A stretch of DNA of 64,000 nt from Octopus sinensis. Taxonomy: Eukaryota. Where the stretch lies: assembly GCF_006345805.1 (NCBI RefSeq), contig NC_043004.1, positions 66,278,001 to 66,342,000 of the forward strand. Reading direction: 5' to 3'. Made by a program: the position numbers and the translations under genes. Shown here in pieces: positions 12,615 through 26,915 of this stretch (the first letter of the stretch is position 1; the number at the start of each line of letters is the position of its first letter). Below the pieces are notes generated by a model that was not told the DNA's origin, did no database searches, and worked only from the letters and a program-made list of their open reading frames with translations.

Positions 12615-13530
12615 GTGTGTGTGTGAACATATATTCATGCATATATATCGTTTTGGTGAACGAATATCTAATCATCTCACGAGAACAAGTGATATTTACA
12701 TGTCTAGATTATCAAGCGTATCACACACTAAAACGAAAGTGCATGCCGAATGTTTGCTGGAAGTACAAAGTTTTGAAATATATAGTCTGTGGTAACATAC
12801 TCGTGTTACGATAGGAAAAAAAAGTCCAAACAATTCGAATTGTAACGTATATTTAGTCCCTTGAGATTTAAAACACAAACACATACAAAAAACAAAACAA
12901 AAGGAAAACGACAAAAAATAGCCCTCTACATTAACACAAGATCATATGGAGAGATTTTTGGTGGTGATGGCTGTGTTGTATGGGAATATCTATCGACTTT
13001 GAAGAACTTCTTTGTCAATACATCCTATAATTTAGCATACAACGAATATCAACAGCATAAAAGTTTACTATTCTTTAAAACCAGTGTGACATAACAAGAA
13101 CGCTACCCAGGAGACTTACGATTCTCTCTAATGCTTCTGTGTATGTGTATACATGCATGTAAGTAAGTGTGTCTGTGTACACAGACACACTCACACATAC
13201 ACGCGCAGATACGCATTTATGTACATAGAAATTGCAAAACATTGTAGGCATATACGAATATAAAAAGGGCAGAAGTAAACGACAGGGAAAAAAACAAAAA
13301 AGAAAAGAAGAGAAAGTTCGCTTTTGGTGGAGACAAATAGCTTTTACTACGAGTAAACATCTAAAAAGATTTCTAATAACAGGATGTGTTTTGCGAATAA
13401 GAAGAGCAAATATACTTTGTATTCTAACGCATATCCATCTAACTATGCATGCGTATATACATACACACACATATGTATAAGCATGCTTACGTGAGTTTGC
13501 GTTTATATATATATATACACATATACATTC

Positions 13531-13567
<37 letters not shown>

Positions 13568-13759
13568 TGTAGGTATGCACAAATGCATATTTATGTGTCT
13601 GTGTAAATGGGTCAGTGGCCGTGTGTGAGTTGAGTATATATCAAGGTGTGAGGTTTAGAGGTAGTGTATTTGGTCCGTATCGTAGGGACGTGTGTTCTAC
13701 ACCCGACTGTACCGTGTACCTTTCAGCAATGCATTCTATTTAACGTTGCTCGAGTACAG

Positions 13760-13950
13760 TCAGCTGGCAAAAAATTGTAGTACCTGCATTTCAAAGCGCC
13801 ATTTTTGTCACATTCTATGTTACCCTGAATCCCCTTGATAACCACCTGATGTTTACGTATGTCTTCGGAGTGGCCAGACACTTAAAAGTTAATTCCACGA
13901 GGCAGCTTTTCCGTTGCTCAGATCAACTGGGACTCTTATTTTTGCAACCG
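13760..13950 (+). mobile_element. Degenerate SINE 3' body
   Basis: GTTAATTCCACGAGGCAGCTTTTCCGTTG...GATCAACTGG resembles the tail of the SINE at ~52645-52720. Confidence 0.4.
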
Positions 13951-14129
13951 ATGAACAGCCAATTCATGTGTGCATGAATGAATGTATGAACGTATGTATG
14001 TATGTATGTATCTATATATATGCATGCATACATGTATACACACCTACATATATACATACATATATACATACATATATACATACATAGATACATACATACA
14101 TATATACATACATATATATATATATATAT

Positions 14130-14187
<58 letters not shown>

Positions 14188-14209
14188 TATATATATATCT
14201 ATATATAAT

Positions 14210-14513
14210 ATTATTAGAGACAAAACCACTATTTAGCAAAACAAACAAGGAAAGACTTAATCAATACATAAAATTTTAATAAAAAGTCAAAAAAACCGCC
14301 ACTACAATTGTTTCTTGTCTTGATCGACAATCTTCAGGTGGACTTCCAATCTAAAATATCAATATTTTAAAATATAAAAATAATAATTTTAAAATAATTA
14401 AATATAAATAGTGGTTTTGTCTCTAATAATATTATATAATATTTTACTATAAAGTTGGATTTAATCCTAAATCTGATTTTTTTCCCTGTAAATTTGGATT
14501 TATTCCCTAATAT
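14210..14513. mobile_element. HHR-bearing fold-back element between (TA)n arrays
   Basis: Inverted termini ATTATTAGAGACAAAACCACTATTT (14210) and AAATAGTGGTTTTGTCTCTAATAAT (to 14430); internal hammerhead; tail shared with 12200-12267. Confidence 0.75.
14299..14341 (-). ncRNA. Intact minimal type-I hammerhead ribozyme (43 nt)
   Basis: ccac-CTGAAGA-ttgtc-gatcaa-gacaa-GAAAC-aatt-GTA-gtgg. All three stems pair, core is canonical, stem III is palindromic (acaattgt). Confidence 0.85.
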
Positions 14514-14557
14514 TATATATATATATATATAATATATATATATATATAATATATATA

Positions 14558-14622
<65 letters not shown>

Positions 14623-14623
14623 A

Positions 14624-14904
14624 GTGTCGCCCATTTCAAGACAGCCAGGCTCATGGGCCCAATTTCCCGGTTTCTGTGGCATATGTGTTCCCCCAGCTGG
14701 ACGGGTCACCAGTCCATCGCAGCGTTTCTAAAAAAACAGGAAGTGAGAGTGAGAGAAAGTTGTGGTGAATTAGTACAACAGGGGTCGCCACCACCCTCTG
14801 GCGGAGACGCGTAGAAGTTTTAGGTGTTTTCGCTCAATAAACACACAATGCCCGGTATGGGAATTGAAACCGCGATCCTCCGACCACTGGGCCATTGCGT
14901 CTCT
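14624..14904 (-). mobile_element. tRNA-derived SINE, head family of 26420-26699 and 52338-52722
   Basis: Minus strand AGACGCAATGGCCCAGTGG...GTTTCAATTCCC...TTTATTGAGCGAAAACACCTAAAA; deletion in the tRNA part; tail GCGATGGACTGG. Confidence 0.8.
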
Positions 14905-14905
14905 A

Positions 14906-14949
<44 letters not shown>

Positions 14950-15601
14950 AATAAGAAAATGGAGGAACAGATTCCTTTCAATCATCAAATACCGTTACTA
15001 AAATGCGAATCCATACAGTCAACTAAACATCAGTCTTTACACCTCCCTTAATTAAGCTCGTTGAAAAAGTTAAGTTGTATAAAATACCGTAATAAAAACA
15101 AAATATTATGTATCTGACCATATATTATCTTCTAGTTAAAGTTTATTATTGTGGATATTTTTTAGAGATCTATATACAATTTTAATGTTACTCAATTAAG
15201 CAACTATTCATATTTTAATTCTGCATTAATACCTATCTATTCATTTATACATCCAGTTACTGATATAAGACGGTTATTTAATATTAATCCAAGGTTATTC
15301 ATTATTTTATCTATGTACCCCTATAAATAATAGGTAATTCATTATTGATCAAAGGTAATACAATTATATCCTCTTAATTAAATAAATGTTAAATCAAAAC
15401 CATTAATATCGAGATGGACCACATAAGTATTTAAAACTAAACAAACAAATATTCAATCCACCCGTTTCTTATAAACGTGTATAAATACAACAAATACCTT
15501 AATCCAATATAGGCTCAGGTACACAGGAAAAAATATATATGCATATACGTATATACACTCTATACGTACATAAACATTCACATGCACACCTGCATACAGA
15601 C

Positions 15602-16515
15602 CTATAGTTCCCAAATATATGTACTTAACCCTGTAGAATTAAACCTATTCCTATTCCTATAGGTGTATCTATGATAATTAAGTCTCTGTTTCAGACTATT
15701 TTTAGTAGCACCAATATATACCCTACTATCGCATTGTGTACTCACAATACATTGGTAAACCACCTCTTTTCTCGAGCATTCATTATTGAACACACAGTTG
15801 TCTTTAATTCTACAATTGCAGCTATTATCTAATTGATAAAGCTTAACATTATTATGATTCTCAGCATCAATATTATTATTGATAATGTTAACATCAATCT
15901 CACTAATTATTCCTATATTCAACGGTGGTCTATATTTAACATTATTAGTATTATTCAAATCGTTAGAGCTAGTACTACTAATACCAGTATCATCAACCAT
16001 GTTACTATTCGTCGTTACAGAAATACCACTATTGTTACCTCTATTAGGGCTACCCACACTCGCACTATTAAAATTATTAAATCTCAAGCGGTAGTGAGGC
16101 ACATTACTGCTACCCAAGTTCATCTTTCTATCAAGATAGAAATGGTCTAATTTTGTATTATTAAAAGAGGATATTATGGTGGCCAAATTATGAGTAAGGC
16201 TGTATCCTATTCTAATAGTTTTATTATTTATTATGTTACAATATTTATACTTTCCCTTCCCAAAATGCTTGTACAATAAACTATGGATAATTCCAACTAT
16301 GTCAGTTTTAATTTGCATAGCATATGGAATTATTAGCCATAGTGCATCATTACCGCTATATTGGTTACCTATTATATTTCTATTATTAACAAATACCCTA
16401 TTCCCCTTATTTCCCCTACACTTTCTATGATTTATATTACCAAGATTATGACTAAAATCCTTGTCATAATTTTTATTGTTACTATGGTGTAAATAAGTTT
16501 TTCTACTTCCGTAAA

Positions 16516-16557
<42 letters not shown>

Positions 16558-17818
16558 AATTAATGTTATGTGCAAAGTCATTTAATATAAAATCATTAGC
16601 TCTGTTTATACCGCTACTAGCATTATTACCATTCACAATATTATATTCCTCATTGCCCTTTACCCTAGAGTTGCCGTTAGCCCCACCCAACCCATTTATA
16701 TTTGCAGTAGGTTACCTGCTTCTATCACTAAGGTCGTTACTTAGGTATATACTTAATTTTACCAGTATAACCTGCCTTATGTAATGCAGAGTCGTATTTT
16801 TCACTATGTCTATTAAATATATCTACGTTCGAGGATAGATAAGAGATTATTCTACTAATGCTAAGCAAAAGTGACCTTTTAACTTGAGGTGGGTGATTGC
16901 TACAGTAGTTTATATAGACTAAATTAGAATTAGGTTTAACATAAGGTTAATGTATTCCATTAGTGAGGTTGCAATTAACATCTAAATAATTGACAGAGTA
17001 ATTTTCATTTTCAATAATTATTGATAAGCCAAAACTCTTTTAAAAATTGTGCAGTCGTTTTTTCAGTATTTCTAGTCTTCTAGAAGATGTATTCTTAACT
17101 AAAAAAAAAGCATCGTCTCTATATAGGCCGCCCTTCAATTCAGGGAATTCGCTACTTAAATTATCCCGTAAATACATCCCTACTAAATCAGTCACTTCCG
17201 CTGAATCTGGCGATCCCATAGTGATGTCAAATAAGTTTGGTGTATCCATCCTAGCCCATAATTTGTTATCAAATTCTATGACTGTTTTCCTAGCAGTTAA
17301 AATAACCTTGATTTCCCTCGTGCTGATGTTAGTATGTCTCCTAGCAAAAATTAAGGCCTGGTTCAGTATAATAGGGCTTATAGAAGAGTAATAGTTCTGG
17401 ATATCTAGTTGGATAAATTTGTTGTTACTAGCATTACTAACCTTAATACCAGAGAACCAATCCAGTGCGCCCTGTGTATTCTTCCAATGACTAAGCTTAA
17501 TTTTGTTTCTTATAGTCGGTAAATATTTGTCTAGGGTTAGTTTGCTTCATTTACCTAAGTCATATTTGCTAGGACAAATCAGTCTAAATTGTTTATTTCC
17601 AGGGAAATTATCTTTATGGTCCTTAATTGTAATTCTAGGTCTAATAGGAGTGAAGGGTTCAGTTTTATCTTCTAGATAGTAATCAAACGTAATTTCTTTA
17701 GCTTCTAAATCTAATTTTCTGAGTGTATCAAATAGTACAATCTTATACTTCTTCGTGATTTCATTATGCAATAACTCATAGTATGTAAGAATGTCAATAT
17801 TGTAAATGTTACTAGTTT
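15602..17818 (-). mobile_element. Penelope-like retroelement (RT + GIY-YIG), Naiad/Neptune-type, decayed
   Basis: RLICPSKYDLGK*SK...FIQLDIQNYYSSI...FDITMGSPDSAEVTDLVG...GLYRDDA...NYLDV...SNHPP; then CNCR..C...C...VVYQC...VYIGAT...KQRLNYH...LSTYIWEL. A few stops and a frameshift near 16.7 kb. Clade assignment from recalled motifs. Confidence 0.85.
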
Positions 17819-18043
17819 TATATATATATATATATACGTACATACACCACATATATATATATATACATACGTACATACATATATATATATATACATATAC
17901 ATACGTACATACGTACATATATATACATACGTACAGACATACATATGTATATATACATACGTACATACATATATATATATACATACGTACATACATACAT
18001 ACATTTATATATATATATATATATACATACATATGTACATACC

Positions 18044-18087
<44 letters not shown>

Positions 18088-18354
18088 CATACATGCATAC
18101 ATATATATATATATACATACGTACAAGAAAATTAGTCAATACACTATATATTATTCATATAAAATACAGTGTACATTAAAACACATTAATAGGCTTCCCT
18201 CATAGGAATCCATTACGCTAGAAAGAACAGTTAAAGTCCAAACCACTAATTAGGGAATAAATTCTCGAAGGGAATGAAACACAAAGCATTTATCTTCTAA
18301 TTCTCGGACTATGGTTTCTGACTTATGTTAGTAAATAGTATTAGTAGGAGTGAG

Positions 18355-18598
18355 GTGGTTGTTTTAGTGGTAGTCATGGTGGTAGTTGTGGTGGTAGTAG
18401 TAACGGTAGTAGTAGTAGTTGTAGTAGTAGTAGTAGTAGTAGAAACGAAAGAAGAAAACGGAGAAAAAGAAGAGGAAGGAGAAGAAGAAGAAGAAGAAGA
18501 AGAAGAAGAAGAAGAAGAAGAAGAAGAAGAAGAAGAAGCAGAAGAGGAAGAAGAAGAAGATGAAGCAGAGTTGAAGAAAAAGAAGAAGAAGAAGGAGT
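18355..18598. repeat. Compound (GTA/GTG)n-(GAA)n microsatellite
   Basis: Direct reading; source of poly-V/E/S/T ORFs. Confidence 0.9.
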
Positions 18599-19842
18599 AG
18601 AAGAATGGGGATCGTGCGCCGTAACAGTGCGTCAGTGGACTTACCATTTGTTGGTGACTTCCTATTCTGGCAGATGACACCTTTGTACGACTCAGGCGAG
18701 CGATTGCCTTCTCACCCGTGGGTCAGTTTTGAATAGTCGTTGCTTGTGATTGTTTTACGAGTTGAGAGTGCAGATCCCACGTCGACACATTTTAGCTGTG
18801 TTTTACGACATACAGAATGAACGTTTGGTCATTGACATGTCTATCTTCACACTGTACGTGATATCAAATTGATTAATAAGTACTAGAGGTCAAATTCTTC
18901 GACTAAAATTTAAGGTGCTGCTCTTGCCACGAGTAAAACATATATAAAGAAAATAGAACATAAGAAGTTGTCTATATAGCGTTTATTTACACTTTTACAG
19001 ATATAGATTCTGTTACTTACAACAAATCTATTTTTATGTACGTACACCGAAAGAACCTTTGTGCAGAGACATTTAACATAGCGTCAGAACCATAAGTATA
19101 CCGTAAGTTATAAATAATTTCATTTCACTGGAGATGTATTGACGATATTTGGCAAGTTTAAGGAATATTGAAGACTTCAGACAACGTTGCAGTTCAGAAA
19201 GAAATATTAAAAATGTATGACCTCTCTTCATATTTCTTCTCATCATGACCATTGCGTGTTCAGGAATTAATACCAAAACATAATGCCAAAGTCATACTAA
19301 CTTCTTTTTAAAACTGTTAGCCCCAGAGAAAACCAATTATCCTCTTTGTCTCCATACTCTACAGTTAGTATTATCCTTCCTTGCCTAGCCTTTGCTCTTT
19401 GATTTTATGTTTGTCTCTCTCTATATATGTAGATATAAGTATAAATATAGAGACATATGCAACTGTATACCCGCCCATATATATATATATATATATTTCT
19501 CTTTAAAACCTGTTTATTATATTACTTTTCTATTTTTGTGCTTATTTATTTTCTGTTCTATCATTAAATAGTTTGCGGACAACAAGCTTTATTGCTAAAT
19601 ATTATTTTTGCATCAATGAGCCGTGAAATGTTAATACTTACATTGGTGTGAATTTATTGCCATTTTTCTCTCAAGTCTTACATTAAAAGAGATAAAAAAA
19701 TACAAACTTAGAAAAAAATAAATTTAAAATAATTGATAAAAAAATATATACAAATTCAAATATATGAGACGTAAGGCCAACACCTTGTGTGAACAATTTC
19801 AAATATACATATGTGCGTATGCCATTATGAATATATGTCTGT

Positions 19843-19891
<49 letters not shown>

Positions 19892-19910
19892 CATATATAT
19901 ACACACATAT

Positions 19911-19950
<40 letters not shown>

Positions 19951-19993
19951 TTATACATAAATATATGGTTGTGTATATGTATATATATGTACG

Positions 19994-20031
<38 letters not shown>

Positions 20032-20045
20032 CACATATATATATA

Positions 20046-20094
<49 letters not shown>

Positions 20095-20547
20095 CACACA
20101 CATGTATATATATATATATACAGATAACGAAATGAAACTCCGTCGTTATTGGTTGGAGCTATAAAAAAACATTCTGAATAGAAAAGACGTTCAAACATCT
20201 TGCGCAGATAATATGTTAAAATCTGTGATAGATATATTACAATACATGGTTACAGAATGAATAAGTCATAGAATATTCTATATTCTTCAGGGAAGGATGA
20301 ATCGACGATATTCAAATCAGAGAAGTGTACTTACTGCAAGAAGCTCAATAAAACATAAGTTTTCAAAGTGAAGCGGCAAGACCACAGTAATATTTCGAAT
20401 TATGAACAATACTTGTTTTGAAACGAGAAATGATGTTAACATAACATTTCTTTTATACTTGAAGATAACCTTATATCTTACATCCATTGTATATTTAGTA
20501 ATTCTCGTAAAGACGAAACACATTTACGTATTATTGAAGAACACAAC

Positions 20548-20580
<33 letters not shown>

Positions 20581-20668
20581 TGTATGTATGTATGTATGTA
20601 TGTATGTATGTATGTATGTATGTGTATATATATATATATACATATATATATATGTATACATATGCATA

Positions 20669-20706
<38 letters not shown>

Positions 20707-20818
20707 CATACATATATATATATACATTTCCAGTTGCAGACATACACCACTAACCAGTGTGACACTACCACCTGGACCTTCTGGAGCCGTCCAGCAGGCT
20801 ACGTTGATGAACTTATTA

Positions 20819-21382
20819 TTGAGTTTCCGGAAAGTTCATGCCGATTTATAGTAGCTTACCTTCCGACTTATTTTAGAACATGGTTGTGTCCATAAAATAC
20901 GATTTGACTACACCTCCATTTACAGCACAATTTAAGCTATCTTTTCGTGGAAGAAGGGTTATGTTCCTATAAACTGTGTTAATTCAGTCACCCTTTCAAA
21001 TGGAAGATAAGAAAGTTCGTTTTCGGCACTTGATTCTTTGGGAACCTGACAAAAATTGCTGCTGCTCGGCTGAGATGTGTTACCCACCCTCCATATTCAC
21101 CAGATATTGCTCCTTCCGATTTCCACTTATTCAGGTCTCTGCAGAATAGTCTTAAGGGGGAAAATTTTAATTCCTTGGATGACATAAAAAGATACCTTGA
21201 TTAATTCTTTGCCACGAAACCACCTCAATTCTGGGAAGAGGGAATTTTAAAGTTAAAGGAAAAATGGAGATTCAATGTGCATCACAAGGGTTCGTATTTG
21301 GTTGATTAAAAATGAAATGGCAAGTATTTGTTGATCTTTTTCTTTCCTTTAAAAATCGGCACGAACATTCTGGACAACCGAA
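20819..21382 (+). mobile_element. Internally deleted mariner element with both TIRs and TA TSD
   Basis: TA|TTGAGTTTCCGGAAAGTTCATGCCGATTT and AAATCGGCACGAACATTCTGGACAACCGAA|TA. Start MEDKKVRFRHLILWE (ATG 21000) is fused to C-terminal HPPYSPDIAPSDFHLFRSLQNSL. Confidence 0.85.
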
Positions 21383-22583
21383 TACATTCACCAAGGACGA
21401 ATTGCTTGATGACGAAGGTATTATGCTGTTTCTCTCCGTTTCGTTGCGAGCGGAAGAGAAACCAACAACTCCTCTGACGCTTTTAGTTCTATGCTCCATC
21501 CGTTAAAGCTCATACACACATGAATTCGTACGTATACTATCAACACTTCCACATACGAGGTCCATCTATTTTAAAAACAGAGTTTGTATAATATTCATTT
21601 CAACGTTTCCACATGGTCGAAAGATTTACCTCTTGTCTATAAAACATTTTGGCAACATAAACACATTGTACTCAGCGCTTTGCTGATTTTCGTAATCTAA
21701 TCACCTCGATACTGTATAATTTATCATAAATATTTGAAATAGAAACCATTTTCATCTGATAAAATTTAATTTTGAGGAATTTATATCAGTGTTTTAGATG
21801 TTGTTGTTGCTGTAGTACGGCTGTACACATTTAGAGTCGAGGTTGCTCCTGATTGGCTGCAGCTGTACAAATTTTTAAGTTGAATATCTAAGCACACAAG
21901 GAGATGAAAATATAGTGTTACTTATATATTGTCGATAAACGTTATAAAATTTATAGACAATACATAAGCAAAATTTCCCAGCGGGCTAATTTGAAATTTG
22001 AAATATTATCGATGAAAATATATATTCTAAAAGACAGACTAATGTCGAGATATAGAACATCGGTTGAATTTATGTCACCTCCGCTTATTCTGGTGTGGCG
22101 AATGGAGACAGTAGAAGGATTATTGTGAATATAGGACAATATTAGTAACATATTATGGAGCAAACAACGGGAGTAGCTGCTTTTAACGTTAATGGGAAAA
22201 TATCAAATGAATGGCTAAATTGGTTAAATCGTAGTCTTTATTGATCAGCGGGAATTCGGGGAAATATAAAGTGAATTAAATGGTCTATTTATCTGCAAAT
22301 AAAACGCAAATATTGGACCAAGTTTGGAGAGTTTTGAAAAGTCATATGGATAATGCTATCATATTAATGGATTGAAGTGCTAGGAGATAATATCATTTTA
22401 TTTATATTGATAGCTAACGTGGCACCGCACAGATAGAGATGGAAGCTAAAATTCTATCTGTGTACATCTAAAAAAACTAGAACATAGAAGGAAAGTCCAA
22501 TTTAGTCAAAAGAGCATGTTGAAACATTGTTTGTTTGTCTACAGGATATATTATTTTATACGAGCAGAATCAGCTGCTTTAAT

Positions 22584-22817
22584 GAAGGCGGCGAGCTAAC
22601 AGAAACGTTGGCGCGCCGGGCGAAATGCTTACCGGTATTTCGTCTGCCGTTACGTTCTGAGTTCAAATTCCACCGAGGTCGACTTTGCCTTTTATCCTTT
22701 CGGGGTCAATAAATTAAGTACCACTTATGCACTGGGGTTGATGTAATCGATTTAATTCGTTTGTCTGTCCTTGTTTGCATCCTCTGTGTTTAGCCATTTG
22801 TGGGCAATAAAGAAATA
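22584..22817 (+). mobile_element. tRNA-derived SINE with Deu/Nin-like central box
   Basis: GGCGAGCT...GTTCAAATTCC...CCTTTCGGGGTCAATAAATTAAGTACC; near-identical to 31604-31837. Domain name is from recall. Confidence 0.8.
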
Positions 22818-23596
22818 ATTTAAGTGGCATAAATTAAAACCCACTCCTTCTCTTCCTCTCTCTCTCTCTCCCGCACATGCACACACAAACAAGCAACCAT
22901 GCATATAGAACGTAGATCTCCAAGACGTTTGTGACAGTGAATTTCATTTCGGACATTACTATACCCGAGGCCACGTTAGAAGACACTTACCTAAGATGAT
23001 ATACTGTAATAAGGAATCTTCAATGCGACTATGTTGCATATTCAAATCTACCAAATGAAATGTTACACTGATATGACTATAAAATTGTAATACAGCCTAT
23101 GAACATTTCTCAAAACATTACTAACGTTGTAATAAAGTAGTAGATTTACATTATACACAGTCTAAGTCCTCACTTTCTTTCCATAATTACGACTGTTTAT
23201 ATCTTGACGTACTATGAAAACTATTACATCTTTCCTTGTAGAATCGGTGACGTATATACAAAGTTATAGAGCTTTCAGAGCTACCTCCAAAGACTGCGCA
23301 TTCAATTATATGATGAATTGTACATTACATAAAGAATGAAGAACTTGAAAAAGACAAAACAAAGAACAAATAAAATTTCGAAGAAATTATATATTATATA
23401 TTTGTCTATAAACTTCCAGCCATCTTAAAATTTTCATAATAACAACAGAATTTCCTCAGGGAATATTCGTCGTCTAAATCTAAATCATAAAAATTACTAA
23501 CTTTCAAGTTCAGAGAGGTTACACGTCTTTGAAATTTAAACTATTAGACTCTGTTGCAAATCTGAAAGAACTTCTGAGTCAATAATTATATACATG

Positions 23597-24058
23597 AAGG
23601 GTGTTCGGGCAAAATCTGGGAATATTTTATCTCCTCTTCTTTCTCGTTCAGGTACATCTTCCTCTATTAGTGAACAGTTAACAGCGTTGAAGGGAATAAA
23701 TATCATATTTATAGTTGAGAAAAAGTTACTTTTCATGGTCTGTTACAGGCCATCAGAATATTAGAAAAAGGGTCATCATGATTTGGGCCGGGTATCAAAA
23801 TAACGACATTATCATTGTTTCTCGGTGCTCTGTCGATACTGTAAGGGATGTAATGTGTGCTACAGATAGCTGCTACGAAGAGTCTGTGAATTTTTGACCA
23901 GCAGGAAGAGACACAGCAATCGTTCTGATTGTTTCAGTACGCCGAAGTACATTATATCATTGACCATGGCCCTAGGCTTACTTCAGATAACTCTGTGAAG
24001 ATACTAGAGACTGCGTAAAGGCTGGCTGGAAAAGGTTGCTGATGGAAGATTATATATA

Positions 24059-24126
<68 letters not shown>

Positions 24127-24307
24127 CAGATAAGATGAAAAAATCTATCAGAAAGGAACTCTAATCTTTTGATAAGCATAACAAATGCGCAACCGGTAAA
24201 AAGAACTTTCACCTAATTAAATTACTTAAATTACTTAAATTATTTTGTCAGCATTTTCTTCATTTCCTTTTTTACATATCACAACTCGTGTTCCACATCT
24301 CCTTTTT

Positions 24308-24358
<51 letters not shown>

Positions 24359-24779
24359 CAGCAGGAGGATTCGGCTCCATTTTCTAATTCCGTCAGAAGA
24401 GATGGATGGAGAATTATATGATTTAAGTAGCCTCTACGTCAGGCTTCCTAATTCGCCCGATTGTAATCCTATAGATTATTATGTATGGGGTGCGATTGAG
24501 AAAACCACGAACCTGGAAAGCAAAGGCCCAATTGGTGGCGATGATCATGCTGGTGATTGAATGTCTTGCCAGAGAGATAGTGGAGAGCACATTCTCCAGA
24601 CTTTGGGGTAGTATTGACGCCGTGTTAGTAGCTGAGAGCAGCTCTTTTCAACAAACACTTACCCCTTAGCTATGATTTATTTGGTGTGCTATGATTTCTA
24701 AAAAACTATTCTTGTTGGATGCGACGTCCTGTGATTTTTTTCTTTCTTTTAAAATAGTAAAATTTAGCACAAATACCGT
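23597..24779 (+). mobile_element. Decayed Tc1/mariner element (maT-like), split by (TA)n arrays
   Basis: N-terminal relic ~23750-23950 (RKRVIMIWAG...RKRHSNRSD-like). C-terminal QQ.DSAP...PNSPDCNPIDYYVWGAIEK at 24358-24510. Weak TIR match (about 14/20). Confidence 0.5.
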
Positions 24780-25020
24780 ATGCATAAGTACACATGCATA
24801 TATAGATATATACACATCGACACACACACATATATATATACATATACACATATACTATATGTATTTATATATTTACATATATATATATAATACTACAAAA
24901 TTAGAGAATGGAGAAACATGCTTAAATCAATAAAACATCAACTATCCGATGATACCCAATCAATACTTTAATACACCATTACATATGAGTAAAGGCATAT
25001 ATATATATATGTGTGTGTGT

Positions 25021-25051
<31 letters not shown>

Positions 25052-26361
25052 ATGTTTATGTGTGTATCTATGTATTTATCTACCTAACCACCTCTATATC
25101 TATCGACCTATATATATAGAGAGAATGAGAGTGATATAGATAGTTAGATAAATATACTAAAAATTTTCTTATAATTCATTGAGTTTGTATGAGTAGATAT
25201 GTGTTCGTGTGTGTGTATGTTTATTGGTAAATTGCTGAATAAAGATAGAAATGCCAAGTCACAATTTTCATACTCCTCTTGAGTAAGAATTCCTATGTTT
25301 TACGGTGAGGTGAATTCCATGAAACAGTACCAGACTGTTATAATTACTGGAATTGATGTGAAGAAATAAAAAAAACCGTCGATTTCTTTCCTCGATATTT
25401 CTGGAGTGGAATAATTGCAATCGAAAAAAAAAAAAAACTAGTGAAAAATAGAAAAAAGGATATAAGATATTCTTATCAAGTAACTGTTAAAAAATTATTC
25501 AGTAACTGGGTTGTGTGCATGGACACAATTCAAATTAATTAAGCTGACCAATAGAGAATATGTAGGACACTTGCCATAGAGGTTGGAAACATATTGTGTA
25601 TCAATGCTCAAATCACATATGGATAGTTTTGTGGGCAGGAAACATCGAGGCAATTACTTGTTTAATATCATCAAACTGATGGATGTTGATTCATTCTTAT
25701 AATATCTGTATTTATAACTTGCGTACGCTGCAACATTTTACTCACTCGGTATTTCTAAATAAAAAAGTGTCTTTATATGTCACGCTTTTTTTTTATTATA
25801 ACTTCTAACAATACATATCTCTCCAAACACCTGCAATCTCGTTCTAGCTATTCAATATGGTATCGAACCTTTACACACATCTAACCGCTATCAAACACAT
25901 CCATCGTGAACATTTGAATACTCCAAGAGACTCTTTATCGGCTAATTACAATATTCTAATATTATGCATAATATAAACTAACGAAGTAGCTATTCATAGT
26001 TCTTGCAAGTAAATTATCTTCTGTATTATTATTATCAAAATAATTTACTTACAAATGAAGCGTATTTTGGCCTATATATTAAATCAAGATGCCTGTTTAG
26101 TAATCGATATATATTGCAATTATCAACACTTTCCATCGGTTACGCTATGGAAATTTTCCTGTAATGGCTTTCCAATTCATAAATACAAAACTCCTTCGCA
26201 CACAAAAAATACGCTTTCATTAACATATACAATCATATATACACGCATACATAAATAGAGAACGCAAGCATGCTCACACGCGTAGAAGTACAGAATCTCT
26301 CTCATTCTCTCTCTCCGTCTGTCTGTATAATATACATATACATGTATATATATACATATAT

Positions 26362-26415
<54 letters not shown>

Positions 26416-26419
26416 ATAT

Positions 26420-26699
26420 CACGTCACGTAATATCACGCGACGACCAGACCATCAGATGTTGTTACATATCGATGGTCACAATACATTCGCATTGTTTTA
26501 ACCTTTGAAAGACGACACCCCGCGTGGGAGAAAGAGTGGTGAAAGAGTACAGCAGGGATGACCACCCCCTGCCGGAGCCTCGTAGAGCTTTTAAGTGTTT
26601 TCACTCAATAAACACTCACAACGTCCGGTCTGGGAATCGAAACCACGATCCTACGACCGCGAGTCCGCTGCCCTAACCACTGGGCCATTGCGCCTCCAC
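26420..26699 (-). mobile_element. tRNA-derived SINE
   Basis: Minus strand GTGGAGGCGCAATGGCCCAGTGGTTAGGGCAGCGG...GTTTCGATTCCCAGACCGG; tail differs from the other two copies with this head. Confidence 0.85.
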
Positions 26700-26768
26700 A
26701 TATACATATATGTATATATATATCTGTATATATTATATGTACATATATCACAGATATATCTATATCTA

Positions 26769-26815
<47 letters not shown>

Positions 26816-26872
26816 ATATCTATCTATCTATCTATATATATATATATATTATATATATATATATTATATATA

Positions 26873-26910
<38 letters not shown>

Positions 26911-26915
<5 letters not shown>

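Noticed and set aside
12930-13032. Possible minus-strand terminal exon (DVLTKKFFKVDRYSH...)
   Set aside because: Short, no recognisable homology and no partner exons; indistinguishable from chance.
17547-17549. In-frame TGA in the PLE RT as possible selenocysteine (some Naiad elements are reported to encode selenoproteins)
   Set aside because: The position looks like an aliphatic residue (GK*SK), not Cys. The same frame also has TAA stops and a frameshift, and I identified no SECIS, so ordinary decay is simpler.
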